From Bizionia arctica (GTDB lineage: Bacteria; Bacteroidota; Bacteroidia; Flavobacteriales; Flavobacteriaceae), in the NCBI RefSeq assembly GCF_014638915.1, contig NZ_BMFQ01000001.1:817142-881141 (forward strand): a stretch of DNA of 64,000 bases, given 5' to 3'. Of this stretch, positions 10,486 through 20,320 are shown in pieces. The position numbers were made by a program, and so were the translations under genes. The notes under the pieces were generated by a model, which saw nothing but the letters and a program-made list of their open reading frames with translations, did no database searches and had not been told where the DNA came from. The first letter of the stretch is position 1, and each line of letters begins with the position of its first letter.

Positions 10486-10968
10486 ATGAAAATAAAACAA
10501 TTATTATTTCTTAGCATCCTTATATTAGGGTTCTTATCCTTTACCACTGTTACAGAATCTACAAAATATAAGTGTATGATTCAAATGACGAATTACACAG
10601 GAGAAGCCGCCTATGTTGTGGTGTCATTAATAAATCCAGATGGTGCTTACGAAAAAACACTTTATGTGCAAGGAGATGATGAAGAATGGTATCATGATAT
10701 TAGTGATTGGTGGAAGTTCTACGGAAAAAAACGTAACAATTTAGACGCCATTACTGGAGCAACTATTGCAGGAGGAACAAGGACTATTAGTGTCATTGAT
10801 ATTGACAATTCTAAAATAGATACGGGTTACAGCATTCGGTTTGAAACTGCAGTTGAAGATCAAGAATATTATACAAAAGATGTTCAATTTCCTTTAACTT
10901 CAGAATCTATTAAAAGCAAACAAGAAGGAACAGGTTTTATTCGTTATGTACGAATGATGCCTAATTAG
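10486..10968 (+). CDS. small secreted protein, DUF2271-like (typically partnered with PepSY-TM reductases)
   Basis: Signal peptide. 160 aa. Lies immediately upstream of the PepSY-TM fusion gene. The domain assignment is from memory of family composition, not verified. Confidence 0.4.
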   Translation: MKIKQLLFLSILILGFLSFTTVTESTKYKCMIQMTNYTGEAAYVVVSLINPDGAYEKTLYVQGDDEEWYHDISDWWKFYGKKRNNLDAITGATIAGGTRTISVIDIDNSKIDTGYSIRFETAVEDQEYYTKDVQFPLTSESIKSKQEGTGFIRYVRMMPN

Positions 10969-11035
10969 ATTATAAAGATTTAAGTTTGTAAATGTCAATT
11001 CAAGAGTCATTTAGAAGAAATATAAAGAAAAATAC

Positions 11036-13228
11036 ATGACTATTTCCATTTGGAGGTATAGCCACCTTACCTTAGCTGTATCTTCTTTTGTTTTTATACT
11101 ATTAGCTTCTATAACTGGAATTATTTTGGCATTTCAGCCTATTTCAGAACAAATTCAACCTTATAAAACAGCAGATTTTGAAACGGTTTCTTTAGCTGAA
11201 ACAATTTCTACATTACAAACAACCTATCCAGAAATTATAGATGTACAAATAGATGCAAACGATTTTGTGTTGGCATCTGTTATTACAATTGAAGGTGAAA
11301 GCATAACGGCATACATTAACCCGAAAACAGCCGAAATTCTTGGTGATAAAATAGAAACTTCCAAGTTTTTTCAATGGGTAACTAATTTTCATCGATCGCT
11401 TTTCTTAAAAGGAATCGGTCGGTTTTTTGTTGGCTTATGTTCCTTTTTATTATTCCTGATTGCTATTTCAGGATCGGTTTTAATTTTGAAACGCCAAGGC
11501 AGTATTAAAAAAGTGTTTTCGAAAATTGTCAATGAAAACTTCAACCAATATTGGCATGTAGTTCTTGGACGTTTATCGTTAATTCCAATCATTATTATTA
11601 CGCTTTCAGGGGTTTATTTATCTTTAGAAAAATTTGATGTGCTACCAAAAGAACACATCTCTCATTCAATAGATTTTGATGAGCTTTCAGAAACTCCAAA
11701 ACAGCAAGTTCAGGATTTTCCCATCTTTAAAAACACAAAATTAGCGGACGTTAAGGCTATAGAATTCCCTTTTTCTGAAGATGTAGAAGATTATTTTACC
11801 ATCACATTAAAAGATAGAGAATTGGTAGTAAACCAATTTACAGGAGACGTTTTAAGTGAGAAAAAGTTTCCGCTAGTGGTATTTTTATCTAGTTTAAGTT
11901 TAAATCTTCATACAGGAAAAGGAAGTATTTTATGGTCTGTAATTCTGGCTATAGCTACAGCTAATATTTTGTTTTTTATTTATTCAGGTTTTGCAATGAC
12001 CTTGAAACGTAGGAAATCAAAATTCAAAAATAAATTCAGCAAAGACCAAGCAAAATATATCATTCTATTAGGTTCAGAAAATGGGAGTACCATACCATTT
12101 GCCAATGCCTTACACAAACAGTTAATTGAAGCTGGGGAAACGGTTTTTATTTCAGAACTTAATAAGTATACAACTTATAAAAAGGCCGAACAGCTTGTTG
12201 TTTTAACTGCTACATATGGCCAAGGGGAAGCGCCAACAAATGCCAATAAATTTTTAAAATTACTTGAAGATATCCAGCAAGAGCAAAAGTTAACTTTTTC
12301 GGTTGTTGGTTTTGGATCTTTATCTTATCCAGATTTTTGTCAGTTTGCTTTTGATGTAGATCAAGAACTAAACAATCAGTTTACACAACTATTACCACCT
12401 TTTACAATTAACGACAAATCTCTTGAAGCATTCGAACAATGGACACGTTTGTGGAGTGCTAAATTAGAATTACAAATAGAAATTCCAAAAGAAGATTTGG
12501 TTATAAAACCCAAACTATCTAATAAATTAAAAGTTCTAGAAAGAACAGATGTTACCAAAAACCCAGATAGTACATTCTTAATAAGCTTAAAACCTAAAAA
12601 ATCTCTTCGTTTTAAATCTGGAGATTTATTGGCAATCTATCCAAATAAGGATTATCGAGAACGTTTGTATTCTATTGGAAAAGTGAATGGAAATATGCAG
12701 TTAAGTGTTAAATACCTTGAGAATGGCTTGGGTTCGAATTTTTTAAACAACCTCAATTTACAAGAATCCTTTAAAGCCAGAATTATTAAAAATACCGCGT
12801 TTTATTTTCCTGAAAAAGCTTCTCGGGTGATTTTAATTGCAAATGGTACAGGAATCGGTCCTTTTTTAGGAATGTTACAGCAAAATAAGAAACAGATTGA
12901 AACCCATCTATATTTCGGGTTAAGAACAGAGTCATCTTTTGATTTATACAAAGAGCAAATTGAAACCCTAACTTTAGAAAACAAATTAAAAAAAGTAAAA
13001 TTGGCTTTTTCTCAAGAAGTAGATAAGAACTATGTACAGGATGTCTTATTTAAAGATGCTCAGTTTATAGCAGAAACGTTACAAAATAAAGGAGTGATTA
13101 TGATATGTGGTTCTTTAGCTATGCAAAAAGGCGTGCTAAGTGTTTTGGAACATGTTTGTTCAAAATTCAATAACAAGCCACTAAGTTATTATCAGGATAA
13201 CCAACAACTAAAAATGGATTGCTATTAA
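11036..13228 (+). CDS. PepSY-associated TM protein fused to a flavodoxin-like domain and an FAD/NAD(P)-binding ferredoxin-reductase-type domain (membrane diflavin reductase, 730 aa)
   Basis: N-terminal PepSY-TM helices (HLTLAVSSFVFILLASITGIILAF). Flavodoxin segment (ILLGSENGST…TATYGQGEAP). FNR-type FAD motif RLYSIGK and NAD(P) motif LIANGTGIGPF. Confidence 0.75.
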   Translation: MTISIWRYSHLTLAVSSFVFILLASITGIILAFQPISEQIQPYKTADFETVSLAETISTLQTTYPEIIDVQIDANDFVLASVITIEGESITAYINPKTAEILGDKIETSKFFQWVTNFHRSLFLKGIGRFFVGLCSFLLFLIAISGSVLILKRQGSIKKVFSKIVNENFNQYWHVVLGRLSLIPIIIITLSGVYLSLEKFDVLPKEHISHSIDFDELSETPKQQVQDFPIFKNTKLADVKAIEFPFSEDVEDYFTITLKDRELVVNQFTGDVLSEKKFPLVVFLSSLSLNLHTGKGSILWSVILAIATANILFFIYSGFAMTLKRRKSKFKNKFSKDQAKYIILLGSENGSTIPFANALHKQLIEAGETVFISELNKYTTYKKAEQLVVLTATYGQGEAPTNANKFLKLLEDIQQEQKLTFSVVGFGSLSYPDFCQFAFDVDQELNNQFTQLLPPFTINDKSLEAFEQWTRLWSAKLELQIEIPKEDLVIKPKLSNKLKVLERTDVTKNPDSTFLISLKPKKSLRFKSGDLLAIYPNKDYRERLYSIGKVNGNMQLSVKYLENGLGSNFLNNLNLQESFKARIIKNTAFYFPEKASRVILIANGTGIGPFLGMLQQNKKQIETHLYFGLRTESSFDLYKEQIETLTLENKLKKVKLAFSQEVDKNYVQDVLFKDAQFIAETLQNKGVIMICGSLAMQKGVLSVLEHVCSKFNNKPLSYYQDNQQLKMDCY

Positions 13229-13749
13229 ACGTCTTGAGTTTTTGGATCTTCTTCTAATATAAGGTCTTCAGATTTTATTACAAACGGAAAAATTAATGGC
13301 ACCACAGATTTTACAGGGGTGTATAGCATTGAGTTTTCGGTAGATGCTTCGTCAAGAAATGGGATGGTTGTATTTAATTTATCAAAGATATTTAGAAGAA
13401 CACTTAAAATTAATGTCATTTTTAAAACCCCAAATAAGGCTCCAAGAAGTTTGTTTAAAATTCCCAAGGCAGCAAAATCGGCTAGTTTGGTTAAGGCTTT
13501 TCCCGCCATTGCAATTACCATAACAATTACTATAAATGTAATGGCAAAGGCAGTAATGTTTATAGTTCTTTCGTCCCAATCTACCTTCTCTATAAGCATT
13601 TCTGATGCGTAAGAACTAAAGTGAATAGCTCCATAAACTCCAGCAATTAAAGCTACTAAAGAGGCTACTTCAACAAAAAATCCTTTTATAAAACCACGCA
13701 CCAGTCCTAGAAGTAAAAACCCTAATAAAACAATATCAATAACACTCAT
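13225..13749 (-). CDS. cvpA: CvpA-family membrane protein (colicin V production protein homolog)
   Basis: N-terminal MSVIDIVLLGFLLLGLVRGFIKGF typical of CvpA. 4 TM segments. Stop codon overlaps the stop of the convergent gene (TTAA shared at 13225-13228). Confidence 0.7.
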   Translation of the reverse strand: MSVIDIVLLGFLLLGLVRGFIKGFFVEVASLVALIAGVYGAIHFSSYASEMLIEKVDWDERTINITAFAITFIVIVMVIAMAGKALTKLADFAALGILNKLLGALFGVLKMTLILSVLLNIFDKLNTTIPFLDEASTENSMLYTPVKSVVPLIFPFVIKSEDLILEEDPKTQDV

Positions 13750-13838
13750 AATAGTAATATTTGTGTAAATATAACTTAACTTTGCGACAATTATTTTTGA
13801 TTCAAATTAAAAAGATTTCGATCTTTTAACAACATATT

Positions 13839-14195
13839 ATGTCCAGAGACGAACAATTAAAACTACGTTGGAAACTTATAGTTGAAAAACTTTCCAAACA
13901 ATTTGCTGATGGAGATCCATTAGATTTAGATGCTATAATTTATTTAATTGGTGTTCAAGAATTAGGACAATTGGATAGAACCTTTAAAAAAGATCATAAA
14001 TTAGATCTGATGCATATCGCCATTTGCAGACTTTTAGAACCTTATGGTTATTATGAATTTGATTTTTTCGACGAAGACGGTTGGCCACATTACACCACTA
14101 AAGAAGAGTTGCCAAATTTAAAAGCAGGAGAACAAAGTATTTTAATGAAAGAAGCAATTGTAAATTATTTTATAGAATCTAAGTATATAGAGTAA
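13839..14195 (+). CDS. hypothetical protein (118 aa)
   Basis: Clean ORF with good coding periodicity. No recognisable motif. Confidence 0.4.
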   Translation: MSRDEQLKLRWKLIVEKLSKQFADGDPLDLDAIIYLIGVQELGQLDRTFKKDHKLDLMHIAICRLLEPYGYYEFDFFDEDGWPHYTTKEELPNLKAGEQSILMKEAIVNYFIESKYIE

Positions 14196-14202
14196 GTTTT
14201 GT

Positions 14203-14210
14203 TAAATTTG
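14203..14210 (+). promoter_or_regulatory. Bacteroidota-type -7 promoter box TAaaTTTG upstream of pheS
   Basis: Matches TAnnTTTG consensus, 21 bp upstream of the pheS ATG. Confidence 0.3.
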
Positions 14211-14230
14211 CCCTTATTTTTAAGCATATC

Positions 14231-15250
14231 ATGATAGATAAAATCAAAGAATTAATTGCCGAAGCCGAAGTTTTTCAAGCAAAATCGAAAGATGATGTGG
14301 AAGCTTTTCGAATTAAATATTTAGGAAAGAAAGGACTTCTTAATGATTATTTTAAAGAGTTCAAAAATGTAGCTAACGACCAGAAAAAAGAATTTGGTCA
14401 GGTTATTAATGCGCTTAAAAAAACAGCTGAAGAAAAGGTAAATACCTTGAAAGAAGAGTTGGAGGGTAAAGAGGAAGTGAAAGGTTTATATGGCGATTTA
14501 TCTCGTCCTGGAGAGCCTATTGAAATAGGTGCGCGTCATCCAATATCTATTGTTAAAAATCAGATAATCGATATCTTTTCACGTATCGGATTTAATGTAA
14601 GTGAAGGTCCGGAGATTGAAGACGATTGGCATAATTTTACAGCATTAAACTTACCAGAATACCATCCAGCAAGAGATATGCAGGACACGTTTTTTATTCA
14701 AACAAATCCAGATGTTTTATTACGTACACATACCAGTTCGGTACAAGTACGCTATATGGAAAATAACAAACCACCAATTAGAACCATTTCTCCAGGTAGA
14801 GTTTATAGAAACGAAGCCATTTCGGCACGTTCTCATTGCTTCTTTCATCAGGTAGAAGGTTTATATATTGATAAAGACGTGAGTTTTGCCGATTTAAAAC
14901 AAACCCTTCAACATTTTACTACAGAAATGTTCGGGAAATCGAAAATTAGATTGCGTCCATCCTATTTTCCTTTTACAGAACCAAGTGCAGAAATAGATGT
15001 GTACTGGGGACTTGAAACAGAATCAGATTACAGAATAACCAAAGGAACCGGTTGGTTGGAAATAGGAGGCTGTGGAATGGTAGATCCAAATGTTTTAGAA
15101 AACTGCAAAATAGATTCAAAAGAATATTCTGGATTTGCTTTTGGGGTTGGAATAGACAGAATAGCCATGTTATTACACCAAATTAATGATATTAGATTAT
15201 TAAGCGAAAATGATGTTCGTTTTTTAGAGCAGTTTAAATCTGCCTTATAA
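14231..15250 (+). CDS. pheS: phenylalanine--tRNA ligase alpha subunit
   Basis: Class II aaRS motifs (FTEPSAEIDVY, GCGMVDPNVL, GFAFGVGIDRIAM). 339 aa. Confidence 0.95.
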   Translation: MIDKIKELIAEAEVFQAKSKDDVEAFRIKYLGKKGLLNDYFKEFKNVANDQKKEFGQVINALKKTAEEKVNTLKEELEGKEEVKGLYGDLSRPGEPIEIGARHPISIVKNQIIDIFSRIGFNVSEGPEIEDDWHNFTALNLPEYHPARDMQDTFFIQTNPDVLLRTHTSSVQVRYMENNKPPIRTISPGRVYRNEAISARSHCFFHQVEGLYIDKDVSFADLKQTLQHFTTEMFGKSKIRLRPSYFPFTEPSAEIDVYWGLETESDYRITKGTGWLEIGGCGMVDPNVLENCKIDSKEYSGFAFGVGIDRIAMLLHQINDIRLLSENDVRFLEQFKSAL

Positions 15251-15271
15251 AAAGGTCCTTTTTTAATATAT

Positions 15272-15299
15272 AAACCGATGGAAACATCGGTTTTTTTAT
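15272..15299 (+). terminator. rho-independent terminator after pheS
   Basis: aaaccgatg gaaa catcggttt followed by TTTTTTT. Lies inside the 5' extension of the ORF-track call 15278-15922, which argues that extension is not translated. Confidence 0.6.
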
Positions 15300-15445
15300 T
15301 TAACATTTTTTTAACTTCGTTTAGTTCGGTTCAAACCGAACTTAGAAATATATTTGCACAGAATTTACTATTCAAGGCAAATTCATTTTTAAACAAAACA
15401 GTAGTGGAAAAAATAAATAAGAAAGATAATATCTGTAAAGAAAAA

Positions 15446-15922
15446 ATGGCCTTAGTCGAAAAACTAGGGGTGCATTTGGAAAACAGAGAGCAATTGGCTC
15501 CTGTTGCTGCGCGTATATTATCCTATATCATTCTTACTGGCAAGAAAGGAGCTACTTTCGAAGATATGGTAAGTATCCTTTGCGCAAGTAAAAGTACAAT
15601 CTCTACACACCTGAACCATTTACAAGATTTAAACAAAATTGAGTATTTCACTAAAACGGGAGATCGTAAAAAGTATTTTGTAATCAATAAGAACAACATC
15701 ATTTTACACATTGATAAAATGATAACTCATTGGAAAGAAGAACGTGAGTTACACTTAGAGATAAAAAATTATAAAGAATTAATAAACACCAATAAAACTG
15801 ACAATGATTATGAAAACTTCGATTTAAGTTTTCATAACGATTATATCAAATTTGTAGATGGTGCTACAGCTTCTATTCAAGAATTAAGAGATAAACTAAT
15901 AACTAACGATTTTGCCCTTTAA
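15446..15922 (+). CDS. winged-helix transcriptional regulator (GbsR/MarR-like) upstream of the RND efflux operon
   Basis: The ORF track starts at 15278, but that extension crosses the pheS terminator. In-frame ATG at 15446 (MALVEKLGVHLENREQLAPVAARILSYIILTGKKGATFEDMV…) gives a 158-aa wHTH-like protein. Confidence 0.55.
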   Translation: MALVEKLGVHLENREQLAPVAARILSYIILTGKKGATFEDMVSILCASKSTISTHLNHLQDLNKIEYFTKTGDRKKYFVINKNNIILHIDKMITHWKEERELHLEIKNYKELINTNKTDNDYENFDLSFHNDYIKFVDGATASIQELRDKLITNDFAL

Positions 15923-15932
15923 ATTTAAAAAA

Positions 15933-17066
15933 ATGAAAAAAAATAATTTATACTCAACATTAATGCTAGGCGTATTTTTCCTTGTTTTAAGCTGTGGAAA
16001 CAATGAAGAACAAAAAGCCGCTGCGCCACAAGGACCAGCACCAGCTTTTCCGGTAGCCCAACTGCAAACCAAAACGGTAACTGGCTATCAAGAATACCCA
16101 ACAAGTATAGAAGGGGTAGTAAATAGTGATGTAAGAGCAAAAATTTCAGGATACATTCAAAAAGTATTAGTGGACGATGGTCAAAAAGTACGCAAAGGAC
16201 AAGAGTTGTTTAAATTAGAAACACAATCATTAAGTCAAGATGCTGGAGCAGCACAAGCGGGTGTTAATGTGGCGCAGGTTGAGGTTGATAAACTAATACC
16301 ATTGGTAGAAAAAAACATTATTAGTCCGGTACAGCTAGAAACGGCCAAAGCAAATTTAGCACAGGCCAAAGCGAATTATAATAGTGTTTCTGCAAACATT
16401 GGCTATGCAACTATTAAAAGTCCTGTAGATGGATATGTTGGAACCATTAATTTTAGAGAAGGTGCTTTAATTAGTCCTGCGGATGCAACACCCTTAACTA
16501 CAGTTAGCGATATAAAGCAAGTGTATGCGTTTTTTAGTTTAAATGAAACGCAATATTTGGACTTTCTGCAAAATGCTGAAGGACAAAATTTAGCAGAAAA
16601 ACTAGCTAATTTTCCAGAAGTAAATTTAATTCTGGCCAACGGAAGTATGTATTCTGAAAAAGGAAAAATTCAAACCAGTTCAGGGCAAATTAATAAGAGT
16701 ACAGGAACTGTAAGCTTTAGAGCTATTTTTGATAACCCCAACCAATTAATAACAAATGGTAATAGTGGTACCATTCAAATTCCTATTATTTATAAGGATG
16801 TTATTGTAATTCCTCAAACATCCACTTATGAGCAACAAGGAAATGTGATGATATTTAAGCTTGGAGCCGATAACAAGGTGGAGACTACTATAGTTAAAGT
16901 AAAAGCAACTGTAAATAACTTATATGTAGTAGAATCTGGGATAGGTTTAGAAGATCAAATTGTAGTGTCTGGAGCTGGTAAGTTAAGAAATGGCATGGCT
17001 ATTTCTCCACAAGAAACAGCTTTTGATGACGCCATTAAAACTACCGCAATTTTATTTAAAAACTAA
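15933..17066 (+). CDS. efflux RND transporter periplasmic adaptor subunit (membrane fusion protein)
   Basis: Lipoprotein signal (LVLSCGNNEE), MFP-type coiled-coil and beta-barrel segments. Start moved to MKKNNLYS (15933) to avoid overlap with the upstream regulator. Confidence 0.85.
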   Translation: MKKNNLYSTLMLGVFFLVLSCGNNEEQKAAAPQGPAPAFPVAQLQTKTVTGYQEYPTSIEGVVNSDVRAKISGYIQKVLVDDGQKVRKGQELFKLETQSLSQDAGAAQAGVNVAQVEVDKLIPLVEKNIISPVQLETAKANLAQAKANYNSVSANIGYATIKSPVDGYVGTINFREGALISPADATPLTTVSDIKQVYAFFSLNETQYLDFLQNAEGQNLAEKLANFPEVNLILANGSMYSEKGKIQTSSGQINKSTGTVSFRAIFDNPNQLITNGNSGTIQIPIIYKDVIVIPQTSTYEQQGNVMIFKLGADNKVETTIVKVKATVNNLYVVESGIGLEDQIVVSGAGKLRNGMAISPQETAFDDAIKTTAILFKN

Positions 17067-17087
17067 TAACCCTAAACTTATTTAGTT

Positions 17088-20000
17088 ATGTTAAAAACAT
17101 TTATTGAGAGACCTGTTCTTTCAACAGTAATCTCTATTATCATAGTTATTCTTGGTGTTATAAGTATATCAAGCTTACCAATAGAGGAATATCCAGATAT
17201 TGCACCACCAACAATTAAGGTATCGGCATCTTATAGTGGAGCAAATGCAGAAACCGTTTTAGAAAGTGTTATTATTCCTATTGAAGAACAAATTAATGGG
17301 GTAGAAGGAATGACTTATATTACTTCTACAGCATCAAATAACGGAACTGCAGAAATTACAGTTTATTTTGATCAAGAAATAGATGCAGATATAGCCGCGG
17401 TGAACGTTCAAAACCGTGTCGCAAGAGCAAATCCGTTATTACCATCAGAGGTTATTCAAACAGGTGTAACTACTCAAAAGCAAGAAACGAGTGCTTTAAT
17501 GTTTATATCCATGTATTCTGAAAATGAAGACTATGATGCGACATTTATTCAGAATTACTTAAAAATAAACGTTATTCCTGCTATACAACGTATTGGTGGT
17601 GTAGGAGATGTTAGTGTTTTTTCACAACAAGATTATGCCATGCGTATCTGGTTAAAACCAGAAAAATTAGCAGCATATAACTTAATACCTTCAGATATAT
17701 CAGCTGTGCTTGCAGAGCAAAATTTAGAAGCTGCTGCTGGTTCTTTAGGTGAAAATAATGGGGAATCATTTTCATATACCTTAACCTATAGTGGTCGTTT
17801 TAAAGAAGAAAAACAATATGGCGATATTATTATTAAAGCATTAGGTGATGGAGAGTTTCTTCGTTTAAATGATGTGGCTACTATCGAGTTAGACGCACAA
17901 TCATATTCGTCTAACGCAATGAGTATGGGGAATCCTGCAGTTTTTATGGGGATTTTCCAAACTAAAGGTTCTAATGCTAGAGAGATTATTGAAAACATTA
18001 AAGTCACTTTAGAATCGGTAAAGAAAGACCTTCCTGAAGGACTTAGTATTTTTGTGCCTTATGATACGAGTTTGTTTTTAAATGCCTCTATAGAAAAAGT
18101 AATTACCACATTATTAGAAGCCTTTTTACTGGTGTTTTTAGTGGTGTTTCTCTTCTTACAAGATTTTAGATCGACATTAATTCCGGCCATTGCAGTGCCT
18201 GTATCTATTATAGGAACCTTCTTTTTCTTAAGTGTTTTTGGGTATTCTATTAACTTATTGACGCTATTTGCGTTAGTGCTCGCCATTGGTATCGTAGTAG
18301 ATGATGCTATTGTGGTGGTTGAAGCTGTCCATGCAAAATTGGATGAAGGTGAAAAGAGTCCTAAAAAGGCGACACTTACAGCCATGAACGAAATATCTGG
18401 AGCTATTATATCAATTACATTGGTTATGGCTGCTGTATTTATTCCAGTAACCTTTGTTTCTGGACCAACAGGTGTGTTTTATGAGCAATTTGGGGTCACT
18501 TTAATTATCGCGATTCTTATTTCGGCTGTAAATGCCCTAACTCTAAGCCCTGCTCTATGTGCTTTATTATTAAAACCACATAAAGAAGATAAAGAACTAA
18601 AAGGAAAGAGTCCGTTAAAACGTTTTTACACCCTTTTTAATCGTGGATTTAACGCCACAGTAGAGCGTTATGGGAAATCACTTCAGTTTTTATATAAAAG
18701 AAAATGGGTGCCAGTTTTATTATTGCTTTTAGCAGTTGTTGGAATTTTCTGGGCATCTAAAACTACACCAACGGGGTTTGTACCTAATGAAGATAGAGGG
18801 ATTATTTTTGCAAACATAGAGCTACCAGCAGGTGCATCTTTAGATAGAACGAATGCTGTTGCAAAAGATTTGTACGGTAAAATAAAGGGTATAGAAGGAA
18901 TTGTTGCAGTAAACTTTATCAAAGGCCGAAGTTTAATTAGTGGGTCTGGTAGTAATTACGGTTTCGGAATTATAAAACTTGCAGATTGGGCTGATCGTGA
19001 AGATCCATCACTTTCTGTTAATGCCATTACAGGTAAGTTATTTGGGGTAGTATCAACAATGCCAGAAGCAAATATAATTTTCTTCTCACCACCAAGTATT
19101 CGTGGTTTTGGTAATTCGGCAGGTTTTGAGGTGAACTTATTAGATAAATTTGGAGGAGAGTTTACAGATTTAGATCAAGCGAATAAAGATTTTGCAATGG
19201 CTTTAATGAGTCATCCAGAAATTAAATATGCGCAATCTTCTTTCAACACAAATTATCCACAATACGAAATGGAAATTAATGTGCCTTTAGCAAAGGAAAA
19301 AGGAGTACCTATTAACAGTATTTTCTCAACCTTGCAAGGTTACATTGGTGGTATTTATGCATCCGATTTTTCGAAATTCGGAAAACAGTTTAGAGTCTAT
19401 ATTCAAGCTTTACCAGATGACAGAGCTAGTGTGGAAGATTTAAATAGCATGTATGTTAGAACAGATGCAGGTGAAATGACTCCTATTACACAGTTTGTAA
19501 GCTTAAAACGTGTTTATGGACCACAATCGGTTACTCGTTTTAACCTGTTTAACTCTACAAAAATAACTGGAGCTACAAATGATGGATTTAGTACTGGTGA
19601 CGCTATTAGAGTAATTGAAGAAGAAGTTGCTAAATTACCAAGTAATTATACCATTGCTTATTCTGGTTTAACTAGAGAAGAAGTAAGTGCAGGAAACCAA
19701 ACGACTTTCATCTTTATTTTAAGTATTTTGTTTGTGTACTTCTTACTAAGTGCGCAATATGAAAGTTATTTATTGCCCTTAGCAGTGGTGTTTTCTATTC
19801 CGTTTGGTGTCTTTGGAGCTTATATAAGTACGAAGTTTTTCGGATTGGAAAATAATATTTATTTCCAAATTGCATTAATCATGCTTATTGGATTACTGGC
19901 CAAAAATGCTATTCTAATTGTGGAATTTGCACTGCAACGGCGAAAAAACGGAGAGAGTATTGTTGATGCAGCAATCCATGGAGCAAAATCTCGTTTACGT

Positions 20001-20231
20001 CCTATTTTAATGACATCATTTGCCTTTATTTTAGGATTAATGCCATTAGTATTAGCAAAAGGTGTAGGAGCAGAAGGAAATAACTCCATTGGTACAGGAG
20101 CAGCAGGAGGAATGTTAATAGGAACTATTTTGGGTGTGTTTGTTATCCCTATTCTATTTATTCTTTTCCAATGGTTGCAAGAGAAAGTAAGTAGTAAACC
20201 AACAGTTATATCTGAACAACAAGAAGACTAA
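17088..20231 (+). CDS. RND efflux permease, HAE1/AcrB family (1047 aa)
   Basis: 12-TM architecture with two large periplasmic loops. N-terminal region typical of AcrB (FIERPVLSTVISIIIVILG). Confidence 0.95.
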   Translation: MLKTFIERPVLSTVISIIIVILGVISISSLPIEEYPDIAPPTIKVSASYSGANAETVLESVIIPIEEQINGVEGMTYITSTASNNGTAEITVYFDQEIDADIAAVNVQNRVARANPLLPSEVIQTGVTTQKQETSALMFISMYSENEDYDATFIQNYLKINVIPAIQRIGGVGDVSVFSQQDYAMRIWLKPEKLAAYNLIPSDISAVLAEQNLEAAAGSLGENNGESFSYTLTYSGRFKEEKQYGDIIIKALGDGEFLRLNDVATIELDAQSYSSNAMSMGNPAVFMGIFQTKGSNAREIIENIKVTLESVKKDLPEGLSIFVPYDTSLFLNASIEKVITTLLEAFLLVFLVVFLFLQDFRSTLIPAIAVPVSIIGTFFFLSVFGYSINLLTLFALVLAIGIVVDDAIVVVEAVHAKLDEGEKSPKKATLTAMNEISGAIISITLVMAAVFIPVTFVSGPTGVFYEQFGVTLIIAILISAVNALTLSPALCALLLKPHKEDKELKGKSPLKRFYTLFNRGFNATVERYGKSLQFLYKRKWVPVLLLLLAVVGIFWASKTTPTGFVPNEDRGIIFANIELPAGASLDRTNAVAKDLYGKIKGIEGIVAVNFIKGRSLISGSGSNYGFGIIKLADWADREDPSLSVNAITGKLFGVVSTMPEANIIFFSPPSIRGFGNSAGFEVNLLDKFGGEFTDLDQANKDFAMALMSHPEIKYAQSSFNTNYPQYEMEINVPLAKEKGVPINSIFSTLQGYIGGIYASDFSKFGKQFRVYIQALPDDRASVEDLNSMYVRTDAGEMTPITQFVSLKRVYGPQSVTRFNLFNSTKITGATNDGFSTGDAIRVIEEEVAKLPSNYTIAYSGLTREEVSAGNQTTFIFILSILFVYFLLSAQYESYLLPLAVVFSIPFGVFGAYISTKFFGLENNIYFQIALIMLIGLLAKNAILIVEFALQRRKNGESIVDAAIHGAKSRLRPILMTSFAFILGLMPLVLAKGVGAEGNNSIGTGAAGGMLIGTILGVFVIPILFILFQWLQEKVSSKPTVISEQQED

Positions 20232-20320
20232 TCAAATGAAATGAGCACAATCTAGATTTGGTCGCAAAAACCAATAATGATATGCGAATGACATGTGACC
20301 CATAAAAAAAAATTCTACAG

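Noticed and set aside
13225-13228. Overlap of the PepSY-fusion gene and cvpA
   Set aside because: It is just convergent stop codons sharing TTAA. Not a frameshift or fusion.
15278-15445. 5' extension of the regulator ORF (METSVFLFNIFLTSF…)
   Set aside because: The extension spans the pheS rho-independent terminator hairpin and T-run (15272-15299). The translation there is a poly-Phe/Leu artefact. In-frame ATG at 15446 is preferred.
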